From positions 23,126,001 to 23,190,000 of the forward strand of contig OX597827.1 in NCBI GenBank assembly GCA_951406725.2: DNA of 64,000 nt, read 5' to 3'. The DNA comes from Octopus vulgaris. Taxonomy: Eukaryota. This document shows positions 12,732 through 25,037 of this stretch, piece after piece (positions within the stretch are counted from its first letter, which is position 1; every line of letters starts with the position of its first letter). The translations under genes were made by a program, and so were the position numbers. The notes beneath the pieces are model-generated. The model was not told the origin of the DNA. It made no database searches and worked only from the letters and a program-made list of their open reading frames with translations.

Positions 12732-13270
12732 TGAGCGCGAGTCAAAAAGTAATGCCATTTTGTTTAGGACAGGTATAATTACCAACATAGGAACATGTAT
12801 CATACATCAAAAGGAAGCTTATTATGAGTTTATTGTTTTTTCTTTTGGCAAGAAATCAATCAGAATGACACCTTGAGCATCCCAAAAGGCAGTTGCCATG
12901 ATTTTTCCAGCTGACTTTTGCATCTTGAACTTTTTCGGTGGTGGTGACGTAGAGTGGCGCTGTTGCATTGACTGCCTCCTTGATTCCGGTTCATAATGAT
13001 GAACCTATGTTTCATCACCTGTTATGAGCCTTCAAAAGAAGGTGTTGTCTCTTTGACTTTGTAGTGAAGCAGTGGCTCAAAGAACAGTCAACAGAATTTT
13101 ATGGGGCAGGGTTACATGCTCTCATTCAAAGGTGGAACATTGCTATTGAGAGAAACGGTGACTATGTGGAGAAGTAGGGATGTGATCCACAGAGGACCAG
13201 CTTCATTTTGATGTATGATACATGTTCTTGTGTCCTAAACAAAATGGCATTACTTTTTGACTCACCCTTG
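12732..13270. mobile_element. Non-autonomous mariner derivative with TIRs and TA TSDs
   Basis: TIR gagtcaaaaagtaatgccattttgtttaggaca at both ends with flanking TA; minus ITGDET*VHHYEPES..AGKIMATAFWD; plus VKQWLKEQ..RW....NGDYVEK*. Confidence 0.92.
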
Positions 13271-13415
13271 TATTTCTTACATATTGTTTAAAAACTCATG
13301 AAGGGGAGGCTTCAACATGACCACAGTTCAATGATTGAAACTAATAAAATCAATTATTAATTATATTGGTGTTTCTAATCATTTAAAGTGATGTTAATGC
13401 TTCTTTATAAACATA

Positions 13416-13735
13416 GGTGCAGGAGTGGCTGTGTGGTAAGTAGCTTGCTTACCAATCATATGGTCCTGGGTTCAGTCCCACTATGTAGCACCTTGGGTAA
13501 GTGTCTTCTACTATAGTTTCAGGCCAACCAAAGCCTTGTGAGTGGATTTGGTAGACGGAAACTGGAAGAAACCCATCGTATATGTGTGTGTGTGTGTATG
13601 TATATATATATATATATATACATACATGAATGTGTGTGTATATATTTGTGTGTCTGTTTGTCCCACCACCATTGCTTGACAACCGATGCTGGTGTGTTTA
13701 CATCCCCGTAACTTAGCAGTTCAGTAAAAGAGTAT
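13416..13735 (+). mobile_element. SINE family A with internal (TG)/(TA) microsatellite
   Basis: tRNA-like head gtggctgtgtggtaagtagc...ggttcagtccca; CORE-like ccttgggtaagtgtc. Confidence 0.88.
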
Positions 13736-14559
13736 GTCATGAGAAAGCTTGTCAGAAAATGACAGGCTTTCAGACTGGAAATGAATATTCTCTGGGAGCC
13801 GGTTCCTTCACCATTCACCTTTAATTAGTCTACCACTTGCTGTTCTTACATGATTCCTAACTGGATAGATTACTGCCCCCCACCCACCCACTGTTTTGAT
13901 TAGATAATCTGAATGTTTCCTATCACTGATAGCAGCATTCTGTCTGATTGTATTTGACTTGTAGAAGTTATTTTTTTTCTTTAAAAGTGACATTGGGAAA
14001 TTAAATAATAAGAAGAAAGGAAATTACCACAGGCTTCACAAACTTAGCATTTTAAAAAGGTTAATAGGCAGAATGTGTGTGTATATATGTGCACACGTAC
14101 ATGTGTGTGTGTGTGTGTTTTTAGATAGAATGTGTGATAGCTAGATATTAGCTATCCCAAGCAATTATAGAAAAGAAGTAGACAGTAAAACAACGATGAT
14201 GATGGTGATGATGATGGTGATGATGGTGATGATGGTGATGGTGGTGATGATGGTGATGATGATGGTGATGATTATGAGGTATATTTCCATATTTCCTCAT
14301 GTTATTTAAGGATATTAGTTGCATGGTAATCAGACATATCTATCTAAATGTATGTATACACACACATAAACACAAATACATATACATACAGCAGAATAAT
14401 CAATAAGGTGTATAATATAGATAAAAAGATATTTTCAACAAAAACAAAAAATAAGTGATTTAAGTTGAAATAAAAACATGGAATTGTTGTGTAAATGTGA
14501 TAGCGAACAAGAGAAAGTAATATGATATAAGAAAAAATGATATTTGAAACATGACTAAC

Positions 14560-14722
14560 GCTGAAAATATCATTCTTGTTCATGGAGATACGATTTCCCT
14601 GTTTATCTAGACCGTGATCTGTGCAGTTGAGATTATTTAGGTCATCATTTGTGTTTGACAGTATCCACAACATCCTTTCTTAGATCAATCTGTATCTTGG
14701 CAACACCAATGAAACAATTAAT
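14560..14722 (-). other. Candidate exon (ATG at 14673 opens 38 codons to a phase-0 donor)
   Basis: Acceptor tcttttctgctgtcgttcag| and donor CAGC|gttagt; reads MLWILSNTNDDLNNLNCTDHGLDKQGNRISMNKNDIFS; no recognised homology. Confidence 0.4.
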
Positions 14723-14859
14723 CTGAACGACAGCAGAAAAGATTGGCCTGTTCAACTGCGTGTGTATATTTATTTACACATCTGTTTCAAGGGAATAATG
14801 CTATTATGAGAGAGAGAGGAAAATAAATTATCTTGTGCAGAAACTAGTGTTGGTCTTTT

Positions 14860-15025
14860 CAGAGTCGGCCCTAGTGTTGCTGGTGCCCTGGGAAAGCTGA
14901 GCTTCAGCGTGTACAAGCTGATGGTTGTTGAAATTTCCTTGTCTTTGTTGTGCCTGCCTTGGCACCCCCTAGCACATGGTACTCTGAGCAACTGCCTGAG
15001 TTGCCGGTACATTGAGCCAGCCCTG
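14860..15025. mobile_element. hAT (Tip100-like) MITE
   Basis: Ends cagagtcggccct / gagccagccctg; perfect 8-bp TSD ggtctttt at 14852-14859 and 15026-15033. Confidence 0.85.
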
Positions 15026-15089
15026 GGTCTTTTTATTATTTCTCTGTTTTCCTTAATGGGTCAGGACAAAGAGGTAGTATCCCTGGCCC

Positions 15090-15330
15090 TTAACAGCCAC
15101 TCTTAGACCCGCAACAATGAAGTCATTAGTGCTTCTCTTGAGCAGTTGTAAGTGAAGATCCCCAGGGAAGACATGAGCAGAGAGGGACTTTCAGAGGGAG
15201 AGATGACATTCTAGAAAGGAAGAACTGGATGTAGTGATTAGTATTGGATCAGGGTCAGCTGGATAAAGGATACTGGGAGCAGGAGAGATGAGTGGACATG
15301 GTATGAGCCCTGCTATCTCTGGGGACTAGA
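15090..15330 (-). mobile_element. Degenerate CR1/Jockey-group LINE 3' ORF remnant
   Basis: Minus translation fragments EIAGLIP, TNHYIQFFLSRMSSL, AHVFP. Confidence 0.45.
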
Positions 15331-15721
15331 AAATATAATAGTAGCAATAGAAAAGGCAGAGACAAAAGATAAAAAAAAAACCTGTGTGCCAGAGGCCAGA
15401 GTATACATGTGAGTAACTTTATGACAACCTAATGGGTGGCCCCTTTTCTCATATATCTTGTTTGCAAACATAAAAGTTAATAAAATTTATTAAATAAGTT
15501 TCCATTTCTTGAAAGATGGGCCTTTCCCTCTCTTGACAGCAGAACTCACTAACCCACCTGTCCTCAAAAACATAGTTTTTGTATAATGTAATAGTACATC
15601 AACTTCATTCATACATACCCAGACTTAACACATCACTTGTTGCAAGTATTCAGTTCAGTTCCCTGCTACCCATGACGTCACCAGCCACCAACAATATCAC
15701 TGTAAGTCAAAGCAAGACTCT

Positions 15722-15905
15722 CTACTATGTCACTCAATTTGCTAGAAATAGTAGCCAAATCTTCCTCAGATACAACCATACTGTCTTAAGAAAAAGGCAC
15801 ATGTAAAACGAGATATACAGTATGTGGAAAACAAAGAAGGACAGGGTGGTCGCAACTGGAATGTCTTTTGTGTATAAAATCTGACCTGGGGTTAATCAAT
15901 AACAC
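15722..15905 (+). repeat. Ancient dispersed repeat (family G)
   Basis: gctagaaatagcagccaaat...ggtcatggctggaatgtc motifs recur at ~38570, 40290, 50680, 51110, 51370 and reversed at 56945 and 57330. Confidence 0.6.
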
Positions 15906-16245
15906 CTACAGCATATAAATGTAGAAAGTCTAACGTGAAAGTGTGCAGAATTCCTTAATCTATACCTTTGTACAGGAAGCACCTGTTTAGGGACAGAATG
16001 GCAGGACTCAACTTTTGTGTTGTGTTTCTCTAGGGATACATTTGATTAGCAGGACCCAACCTTTCCAAAATGTGTTTGTTGATTAACCCCTCGGCCAGCA
16101 GCCCAACCATGAAATATAGTCTGTCTATACACGACCATCTTTATGTGTATGGCTGGATGTACAGTTGTGTGTGTATCGATGGATGGATTTGCCTATGTGT
16201 ATGGTTGTGTGTGTGTATGTCTGTACATACAGCTGTATATGTTTA

Positions 16246-17130
16246 TAATAATAATAATGAAATTATTGTATACAGTGCTCAGGTGCACCACAACTTGTCA
16301 GAAAGTGCATATAAAGTACATGCAGTAATGTAGAAATGTCTGGAAAGTGAACATGCTTGTGTGTGTATGGAGGGGAGAAAATCAAGTGTAGTGTTGGCGA
16401 ATCTCAGGAAGCATGGAAGTTTTGAAGGATGCAGTGCTCCGACAACTAACAACCGATGCCGGCAGTTTGTTCCACGCTTCAGCAACTCTCAGCGTGAAAA
16501 AATGTTTCCTGAAGTCATGGGAGCTGTGCTGTTTTCTTACTTTGTAAATATGTCCACAGGTGTTAGATGGGTGGAGTTTGAAGAGGTGCTCAGAGTTATT
16601 GTTTGTGCGATGGTTGATAATTTTATGGGTGTCTGCCAAGTCAGCTGCCAGACGTCGGAGTTTCAATGTGTCCATACCCAGGGAGGTAAGGCGTTCAGGA
16701 TATGGCAAATGCCTGATGGAGGGTATTCTTTTGGTTGCACGTCGCTGTACAGCTTCCAGACAATTGATGTCCTGGGCAAGATAGGGGTTCCAGACCGGTG
16801 ATGCAAATTCCAGGTGAGGTCTTACCATAGCTATATAAAGCCGCAGATAGATAGCCAGAGAGCGGCTCACAAAGGATTTGGTGAGTGATGCCAAGACACC
16901 CTCAGCCTTCTTGACAATTTTAGCGATGTGTTTTGTCCAATGCAAATCACTGTCGAAAATAACACCCAGGTCACGTTCACTTGAAGACTTTTTGAGACTA
17001 GTGTTGTGGAGGGAGTAGGTGGATGCTGGGTTTCTCCTCCCAAAATGCATGGTGGTACATTTGTCCACAGCCAGCTTGAGTTGCCAGTCCATGATCCACT
17101 GCTGCATTGTGTCCAGGTCTGCTTGCAATA
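16246..17130 (-). mobile_element. CR1-clade LINE, 5'-truncated, intact ORF2 C-terminus
   Basis: ORF 16382-17128: VRPHLEFASPVWNPY, LEAVQRRATK, FFTLRVAEAWNKLP; (TAT)n tail. Confidence 0.93.
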
Positions 17131-17819
17131 GAGATCCATAGTGTACAGGATTTGGTCCTGTGTGTATGGTTGGGCGTACAGGCTTGTATGTATAACTGCA
17201 TATGTCTGGCTGTGTGTGTGTATGTATGTGTGTGTGTGGGTAACAGACTCAGAATCGGAACTGCCAACCTTTCCACTGTTGTCCTCTCTGCACAGACAGC
17301 AATGCTCTCCATGAATTCCACTCAGCCCCACCCTCATTACCACCCCCACATTGCTACTTGAAATAAAACTAACTTACCATACATCTAGTAAACTCTTTAA
17401 CCTAGTAAAACAACCTCTCCAGTATTTGGAGAAACAATATCATTAAAGAAATGTATTTTATTTTATTCGTCAAAGTAGTCGGCAGGTCTGGAGTGTCATC
17501 TGGCGAAGAACGAGCTTCTAACTCTTGACACACAAATAAATATATACACAACCATTGTTGTTATGAAATAAAGCTAAACCCAAGCACCGAACCGGCTCTC
17601 AAGCCAGTAAGACAACCTTTTTACTGCAAAATAATACAATGAAGCTACATTGATCCCTTTCACTTGTTTTTCAATTAGTAGATCTGAAGTGCTGCCTGGT
17701 GGCGAGAAACCTGCCTAAGACGCCCCAATACATTTAGTGGAATCCACTTTGTCTATTGCAAATATTTGGAATAGATATGTTGGTAATGTTGCAGTATTAA
17801 AATATTACTGTTATTATTT

Positions 17820-17866
17820 GTGTTTATGTATGTATTAATGTATGTATGTGTATATATATATATACA

Positions 17867-17933
<67 letters not shown>

Positions 17934-18152
17934 GTATATACATATGTGTGTGTGTGTGTATATATATATATAAATATATATATACATGTGTGTGTGTATA
18001 TATATATATATATATGTATATACACATATGTATATACATAACGATGATGATGATATATACATATGTATATACACCTATGTATGTACATATATACATATGT
18101 ATGTACATATATATATTTATGTATTACGTATATGTTTGTGTATATATGTATG
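17820..18152. repeat. Compound (TA)/(TG) microsatellite
   Basis: Direct. Confidence 0.95.
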
Positions 18153-18319
18153 TAACGTTTCTGAAAAATTCTGATTCATAGATGTTTGCTGACAGAGAAG
18201 TACTCTATTGAAAGACAAAATCATTTGTGTTTGTTCTCTGGAAAGACTAAAAGACATAATTTAGTCAAGAGATTTTAGTTTTTTCACATATATTATCACC
18301 ATGACCACCACCACCTTTC

Positions 18320-18647
18320 GAGCATTGGGCCTTTTGGAAGCAATGATCAAGACCTTTGGCATTATGTTGTGCTTGTGAAGAAGACCCGTCAAGCTGAGCA
18401 AAATCGCAGTCATGGCAGACACTGGTGTCATGCAAATGGTACCCATGCAGGCGGCATGTAAAAGCACCCATTACACTCTTGGAGTGGTTGACATTAGGAA
18501 GGGCATCCAGCTTTAGAAAACCCTGCCAAATCAGACTGGAGTCTGGTGCAGCCTTCCAGCTTGCCAACCCTGATCAAACCATCCAACCCATGCCATCATG
18601 GACAACAGACACTAAATGAAGATGATGATGATGATGATATATATGTG

Positions 18648-18697
<50 letters not shown>

Positions 18698-18815
18698 CAC
18701 CATCATCATACTCGTTATCGTTTAATGTCTGCTTTCCATGCTGGCATGGGTTGGATGGTTTGACTGAGGACTGGCAAGCCAGTAGGCTGCATCACACTCC
18801 ATTCTGATTTGGTAT
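18320..18815. mobile_element. Two RTE-1 3'-end fragments (family D), tail to tail around (TA)n
   Basis: About 18320-18636 (+) and 18695-18815 (-). Confidence 0.8.
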
Positions 18816-19031
18816 GGTTAGTCACCTGCTTCTGCGGAGAGCAGTTTCTTTTAAATTGATGTAATGTTTTCATTGATTGATTAAATGGAGTGGCTTGAAA
18901 TGGCTGTAACACCCTTGTTATTTATTTGCTTTTTATTCACGTAACTGTGAGGTGCATGGACTATACCGAACTGGCTTGGTGCCTCAGTTTAAGTACCTAA
19001 TTCAACTGAATCTTAATTAAATACACACAGA

Positions 19032-19087
<56 letters not shown>

Positions 19088-19109
19088 TGGCAAACGATAT
19101 ATATATATA

Positions 19110-19556
19110 GTGCCGGTGGCACGTGGCACACAAGAAAACCATCCGAACGTGGCCGTAGCCAGTACCGCATCGACTGGCCTCCGTGCTGTGGGCACGTAAC
19201 AAACACCATCCGATCGTGGCCGTTTGCCAGCCTCATCTGGCACCTGTGTCGGTGGCACATAAAAACACCATCCGAGTGTGGCCGTCTGCCAGCCTCGTCT
19301 GGCACCTGTGTCGGTGGCACATAAAAAAACACCATCCGAGCGTGGCCGTTTGCCAGCCTCGTCTGGCACCTGTGTCGGTGGCACATAAAATCACCCACTA
19401 CACTCTCGGAGTGGTTGGCGTTAGGAAGGGCATCCAGCTGTAGAAACACTGCCAGATCTGACTGGACTGGTGCAGCTTTCGGGCTCCCCAGACCCCAGTT
19501 GAACCGTCCAACCCATGCTAGCATGGAAAGCGGACGTTAAATGATGATGATGATGA
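19110..19556 (+). mobile_element. RTE-1 3' end (family D) with a ~62-bp tandem array
   Basis: Units start at about 19122, 19190, 19252, 19314 and 19378; (GAT)n tail. Confidence 0.88.
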
Positions 19557-19567
19557 TATATATATAT

Positions 19568-19898
19568 ATATTGTTATATTTCGGAATGGTCATTTTGCCA
19601 GTTTAGCCAATAAAAACACACACACTATATATTTGGTGTTACATTGCTTCAGTGTTATTTATTTTTTACATTAATCTTAATCTTATTTCGCCAGAGTTCT
19701 TTCGTCACACTCCAGTGACCGCATCAGTGGTCCTTTGTTTTCTTCTTTAGCCATTTTGTATTTCTATTGTATGGCCGAAATAAGATTAAGATTAATGTAA
19801 AAAATAAATAACACTGAAGCAAAGTAACACCAAATATATAGTGCGTGTGTTTTTATTGGCTAAACTGGCAAAATGACCATTCCAAAATATAACAATAT
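19568..19898. repeat. Fold-back element with 123-bp inverted arms, Penelope pLTR-like
   Basis: Arms 19568-19690 and 19776-19898 with about 3 mismatches; flanked by (TA)n. Confidence 0.9.
19691..19730 (-). ncRNA. Minimal type-I hammerhead ribozyme motif (A9>C variant)
   Basis: CCA-CUGAUGC-G-GUCAC(UGGAGU)GUGAC-GAAA-GAAC-UC-UGG. Confidence 0.65.
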
Positions 19899-19936
19899 CT
19901 GTTTCAACACACAACTTCACATAAAAAATCTTGCAT

Positions 19937-19940
<4 letters not shown>

Positions 19941-19990
<50 letters not shown>

Positions 19991-20489
19991 TATATGTATA
20001 TATATACATATATATATGTATATATATACATATATATATGTATATATATATACATATATATATATGTATATATGTATACATATATATATATGTATATATG
20101 TATACATATGTATATATGTATACATATATATATATGTATATATGTATACATATGTATATATGTATACATATATATATATGTATATATGTATACATATATG
20201 TATATATATGTATATATGTATACATATATATATATGTATATATGTATACATATATATATATGTATATATGTATACATATATATATATGTATATATGTATA
20301 CATATATATATATGTATATATGTATACATATATATATATGTATATATGTATACATATATATATGTATATATATATATACATACATATATATATGTATATA
20401 TATACATATATATATGTATATATATACATATATATATGTATATATATACATATATATATGTATATCAATATATATATATATATGTATAT

Positions 20490-20526
<37 letters not shown>

Positions 20527-20752
20527 TTTGTTTTTTGTTTTTGTTTTTCCAGTTTCAGCTCTTGAGCTGTGGCCATGCTGGGGCACCGCCATTGTGGTGA
20601 AAGAGTACAGCAGGGATCACCACCCCCTGCCGGAGCCTCGTAGAGCTTTTTAGGTGTTTTCGCTCAATAAACACACACAACGCCCAGTCTGAGAATCGAA
20701 ACCGCGATACTGCGACCGCGAGTCCGCTGCCCTAACCACTAGGCCATTGCAC

Positions 20753-20835
<83 letters not shown>

Positions 20836-20855
20836 TATAGTAATTAAGGGTTTAG

Positions 20856-20922
<67 letters not shown>

Positions 20923-20978
20923 CATATATATATATACATATATATATATACATATATATATATATACATATATATATA
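19941..20978. repeat. Long (TA)-based micro/minisatellite tracts (about 20-bp tatatatgtatacatatata units) with a SINE insert
   Basis: Direct; source of the YI-repeat ORFs. Confidence 0.95.
20593..20755 (-). mobile_element. SINE family C head
   Basis: Matches the 5206-5512 copy. Confidence 0.85.
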
Positions 20979-23477
20979 TCATCATCATCATCGTTAACGT
21001 CCGTTCTCCATGCTAGCATGGGTTGGACGGTTCGACCGGGGATCTGGGAAGCTAGAAGGCTGCACCAGGCTCCAGTCTTATCTGGCAATGTTTCTACAGC
21101 TGGATGCCCTTCCTAACGCCAACCACTCCGTGAGTGTTGTGGGTGCTTTTTACGTGCCACCTGCACAGGTGCCAGGCGAGGCTGGCAACGGCCACGGTCG
21201 GATTGGTGTATTTTATGTGCCACCGGCACGGAAGCCAGTCGAGGCGGCGCTGGCATCGGCCACGAGTCGGATAGTGCTTTTTACGTACCACCAGACCAGG
21301 GATCCTGGCTGGTTCAATTCGATTTCTATTTCGCTTGACCCAACATGTCTTCGCAAGCAAAGGGGGTTGGCATGGGTGCCTGTCGTCGGATGAGGTTCTA
21401 TATTGACTTCGCTTGCCTCAACAGGTCTTTGTGTCCAAGGGAGGAAAGGCATTCATAAGTGGGCTGGGCTCACTTGTCCTGCCTGGTCTTCTCACGTACA
21501 GCATATTTCCAAAGGTCTCGGTCGCCGGTCATTTCCTCAGTGAGGCCCAAAGTTCAAGGTCGTGCTTCACCACCTCGTCCCAGGTTTTCCTGGGTCTACC
21601 TCTTCCACGGGTTCCCTCAACTGCTAGGGATTGGCACTTTCTCACACACCTATCTTCATCCATTCTCACCACATGACCATACCAGCGCAATCGTCTCTCT
21701 TGCACACCACAACTGATGCTTCTTAGGTACAACATTTCTCTCAAGGTACTAACGCTCTGTCGAGTATGTACACTGACATTACACATCCATCGGAGCATAC
21801 TGGCTTCATTCCTCACGAGCTTACGCATGTCCTCAGCAGTCACGGCCCATGTTTCACTGCCTTGTAGCATGGCTGTTCGTACACATGCATCATACAGTCT
21901 GCCTTTTACTCTGAGCGAGAGGCCTTTAGTCACCAGCAGAGGTAAGAGCTCCCTAAACTTTGCCCAGGCTATTCTTATTCTAGCAGTTACACTTTCAGCG
22001 CACCCACCCCCACTACTGACTTGGTCACCTAGATAACGGAAGCTATCAACTACTTCTAGTTTTTCCACCTGGAAAGTGACGGAAGTTGTTTTCTGCAGAT
22101 TTTCGGAGGTTAATGCTCCCAAGCATCTGCCACATACAAAAACTATCTTCCCAGTTAGCCTACCTTTGACATTGCTGCACCTCTTAGTGTCCATAGCTTA
22201 CACTGGGTACATCTTATAGAGTTTCTACCTACACCTTTTCTACAGATCGAGCAGGGCCATCTTCCTGAAGACATTTGTGGATTGTCTACCTTCCTACTTA
22301 TTAGTACTTTGGTTTTAGCTAGGTTGACTCTAAGGCCCCTCGATTCTAAACCCTCCTTCCACACCTGGAACTTCTCCTCCAGTTCTGATAGTGACTCAGC
22401 AATTAGAGCAAGGTCGTCAGCGTAGAGGAGCTCCCAGGGGCAACCTGTCTTGAATTCCTCCGTAATTGCCTGGAGGACTATGATAAATAGGAGGGGCTGA
22501 GTACTGAACCCTGGTGGACCCCAACCTCTACTTTGAATTCTTCTGTGTACATGTTGCCAATCCTAACCTTACTTACGGCATCTCTGTACATGGCTTGCAC
22601 AGCCCTCACCAGCCATTCATCTATCCCTAGTTTCCTCATTGACCACCAGATAAGGGATCGGGGGACCCTATCAAAAGCTTTCTCCATGTCAACGAAAGCC
22701 AGGTACAAGGGCTTATCTTTGGCTAGGTATTTCTCCTGCAGCTGCCTTACCAGGAATATAGCATCAGTGGTACTTTTCCCTGGCACGAACCCAAACTGCA
22801 TCTCATCTAAACTAACTCTCTCTCTAATTAGTTGGGCGATGACCCTCTCCGTAACCTTCATTACCTGATCCAACAGCTTGATACCTCTGTAATTATTTGT
22901 ATCTAGGGCATCACCTTTACCTTTGTAGCAGTTGACTAGTATGCTGCTACACCAGTCATTGGGTATGACTCCTTCGTGTATCACCTGGTTGACTATACGG
23001 GTGACTAGGTTATAGCCGACACTGCCAGATATTTTGAGCATCTCTGCAGTAATTCCTGATGGGCCTGGGGCTTTCCCTGTCTTCATGCTCTGTTGGGTTG
23101 ACATTCGGCAGACTCTCTTTATCCCATTCATTTTCTTTATTCAGCAACCTTTCATAGTGGCATCTCCAAACCTCTCTCTTTGCATACTCATTTAGCACAA
23201 GTGAACCATCATCCATGCGAACACACTTCTCTCCTACCACATCACGATTCTCTCTCACACACTGTCTTGCAACACGAAATACCTCAAGTCTTTCATCCTC
23301 ATGGCTCAGAACATTGGCAAATTTTTTCTTATCCGCTTCCCCTCTGGCTAAATAAACCTGTCTCCTAGCTTCCCTTCTGGCTGTCTGATACAATTCCCTG
23401 CTACCACCGTTCTTCCAGTCCTTCCAAGCCTGTCTCTTTTGTCTAATAGCCCTGTCAACTACAGTGTTCCACCACCA
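20979..23477 (-). mobile_element. RTE-clade LINE (RTE-1), 5'-truncated, reverse transcriptase with frameshifts
   Basis: GKAPGPSG, NYRGIKLL, QFGFVPGKSTTDAIF, FVDMEKAFD, GVHQGSVLSP, LLYADDL (~22410-22430), RLRWYGHV, RGRPRKTW; (GAT)n tail. Confidence 0.96.
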
Positions 23478-23481
23478 TATG

Positions 23482-23517
<36 letters not shown>

Positions 23518-23547
23518 GTATGTATGTAAATATGCATTTGTATATTA

Positions 23548-23778
23548 GGACGGTGAACTGGCAGAATCATTAGCATGCCGGGCGAAATGCTAAGCGGCAT
23601 TTCATCTGCCGTTACATTCTGAGTTCAAATTCCACCGAGGTCGACTTTGCCTTTCATCCTTTCGGGGTCGATAAATTAAGTACCAGTTACGTACTGGGGT
23701 CGATATAATTGACTTAATCCGTTTGTCTGTCCTTGTTTGACCCCTCTGCGTTTAGCCCCCTGTGGACAATAACGAAAT
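23548..23778 (+). mobile_element. SINE family B, long-tail subfamily
   Basis: Family B head and body plus tail tttgtctgtccttgtttg...tttagccccctgtggacaataa. Confidence 0.9.
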
Positions 23779-24517
23779 ATATATATATATAAAAACATAC
23801 ACACACACACATATAAGTATGCATGTATGTATGTAGATATTACCAGTCACATCCTGTATTTCCAGGGAGGATAGCATGCATACACATGTGCACACACTCA
23901 AACACACACACACACATGCACACTATCCGTAGGTAAGATTGTCTTGATGGCCATATGAAAGGTATACCAAAATGGGAATGCACCCACACATTTGAGAATG
24001 AAGAATATCAATGGAACTTTCCAATGAAGAGAGCAACCCAATACAATCAAATATTGCTCTATGGATCAAGAAGCAAAAATCATGTTCTGTTGTAATGACT
24101 GGCAGCTCTGCTGGTCGGGTAGGAAAGTTTAGTGGAAAAATTGGCAAACAGGAAAACATCTATGGAGAATGAATGAGAAACCTACAGCTCTTATATTCAG
24201 GCTATAGATTTTTTATTTAGCTATAATCATCGGAGCTGAGGGCTACATAACAACAGATCTGCATAAAGAACTAGAAAGGCTGTCATTCTCCCAAAATGAA
24301 CAGAGCAGAATGCTTCACATTCTTTACCCTTTTAGCGTTAAACCGACCACATCTAACCAACATTTTCTAATTGTTTTATCTTCAAACTGGCCATATTTGG
24401 ACTCTCACAAGTATCCTATCTCCTGTTTCTTAGGTCCAACTTTTCTCTCAAGGTACTTACACTCTGTTGAGCATGCACACTGACATTACACATCCATCGG
24501 AGCATATATATATATAT

Positions 24518-24710
24518 AGTGAATCCAAACATGAAAACACAAAGAGAAAACGCAACAACGTGAGGACATGGAACAAATATAGTATTATTGGACGCTCAGG
24601 AAGGAAGGGAAGAAGGAGGGTTTAACGTTTCGAGCGGAGCTCTTCATCAGAAACATAGGAAAAGGAAAGATCCAGAGAAGGGAAGACGAGGAAAAAAAAT
24701 TGCCAACAGT

Positions 24711-24712
<2 letters not shown>
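24518..24712 (-). mobile_element. Penelope pLTR-like fragment inserted in (TA)n
   Basis: Contains a minimal hammerhead and is flanked by TA repeats. Confidence 0.65.
24620..24654 (-). ncRNA. Minimal type-I hammerhead ribozyme motif (Penelope type)
   Basis: GUUU-CUGAUGA-A-GAGC(UCC)GCUC-GAAA-CG-UU-AAAC; palindromic AACGUU at helix III. Confidence 0.75.
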
Positions 24713-24763
<51 letters not shown>

Positions 24764-24783
24764 ATATAATTATAAAATTTTCA

Positions 24784-24837
24784 GAGAGATATAATGGATA
24801 CAAATTGATAAATTAATTTGTATCCATTATATCTCTC
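24784..24837. repeat. Perfect 23-bp inverted repeat
   Basis: gagagatataatggatacaaatt / aatttgtatccattatatctctc with an 8-nt loop. Confidence 0.9.
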
Positions 24838-24985
24838 CATTTCCAAATTTAATGATAATATTTGATATTTTATGATATTTTACGTAATGTGTTCATTGAA
24901 GAAATATCTGTTCAAAAATACAATATATAAACTAGTGTATCTTGGATAAAAACATCCCACTAAGAGGTCTAAATATCTTCATAGT

Positions 24986-25035
<50 letters not shown>

Positions 25036-25037
<2 letters not shown>

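Noticed and set aside
17680-17720. Possible hammerhead ctgaagtg...gagaaac (also ~42160-42200)
   Set aside because: Core and helices are too degenerate to support
19110-19390. CRISPR-like regularly spaced repeats
   Set aside because: Whole units repeat with no unique spacers, no cas genes, and the array lies in an RTE 3' UTR of a eukaryote
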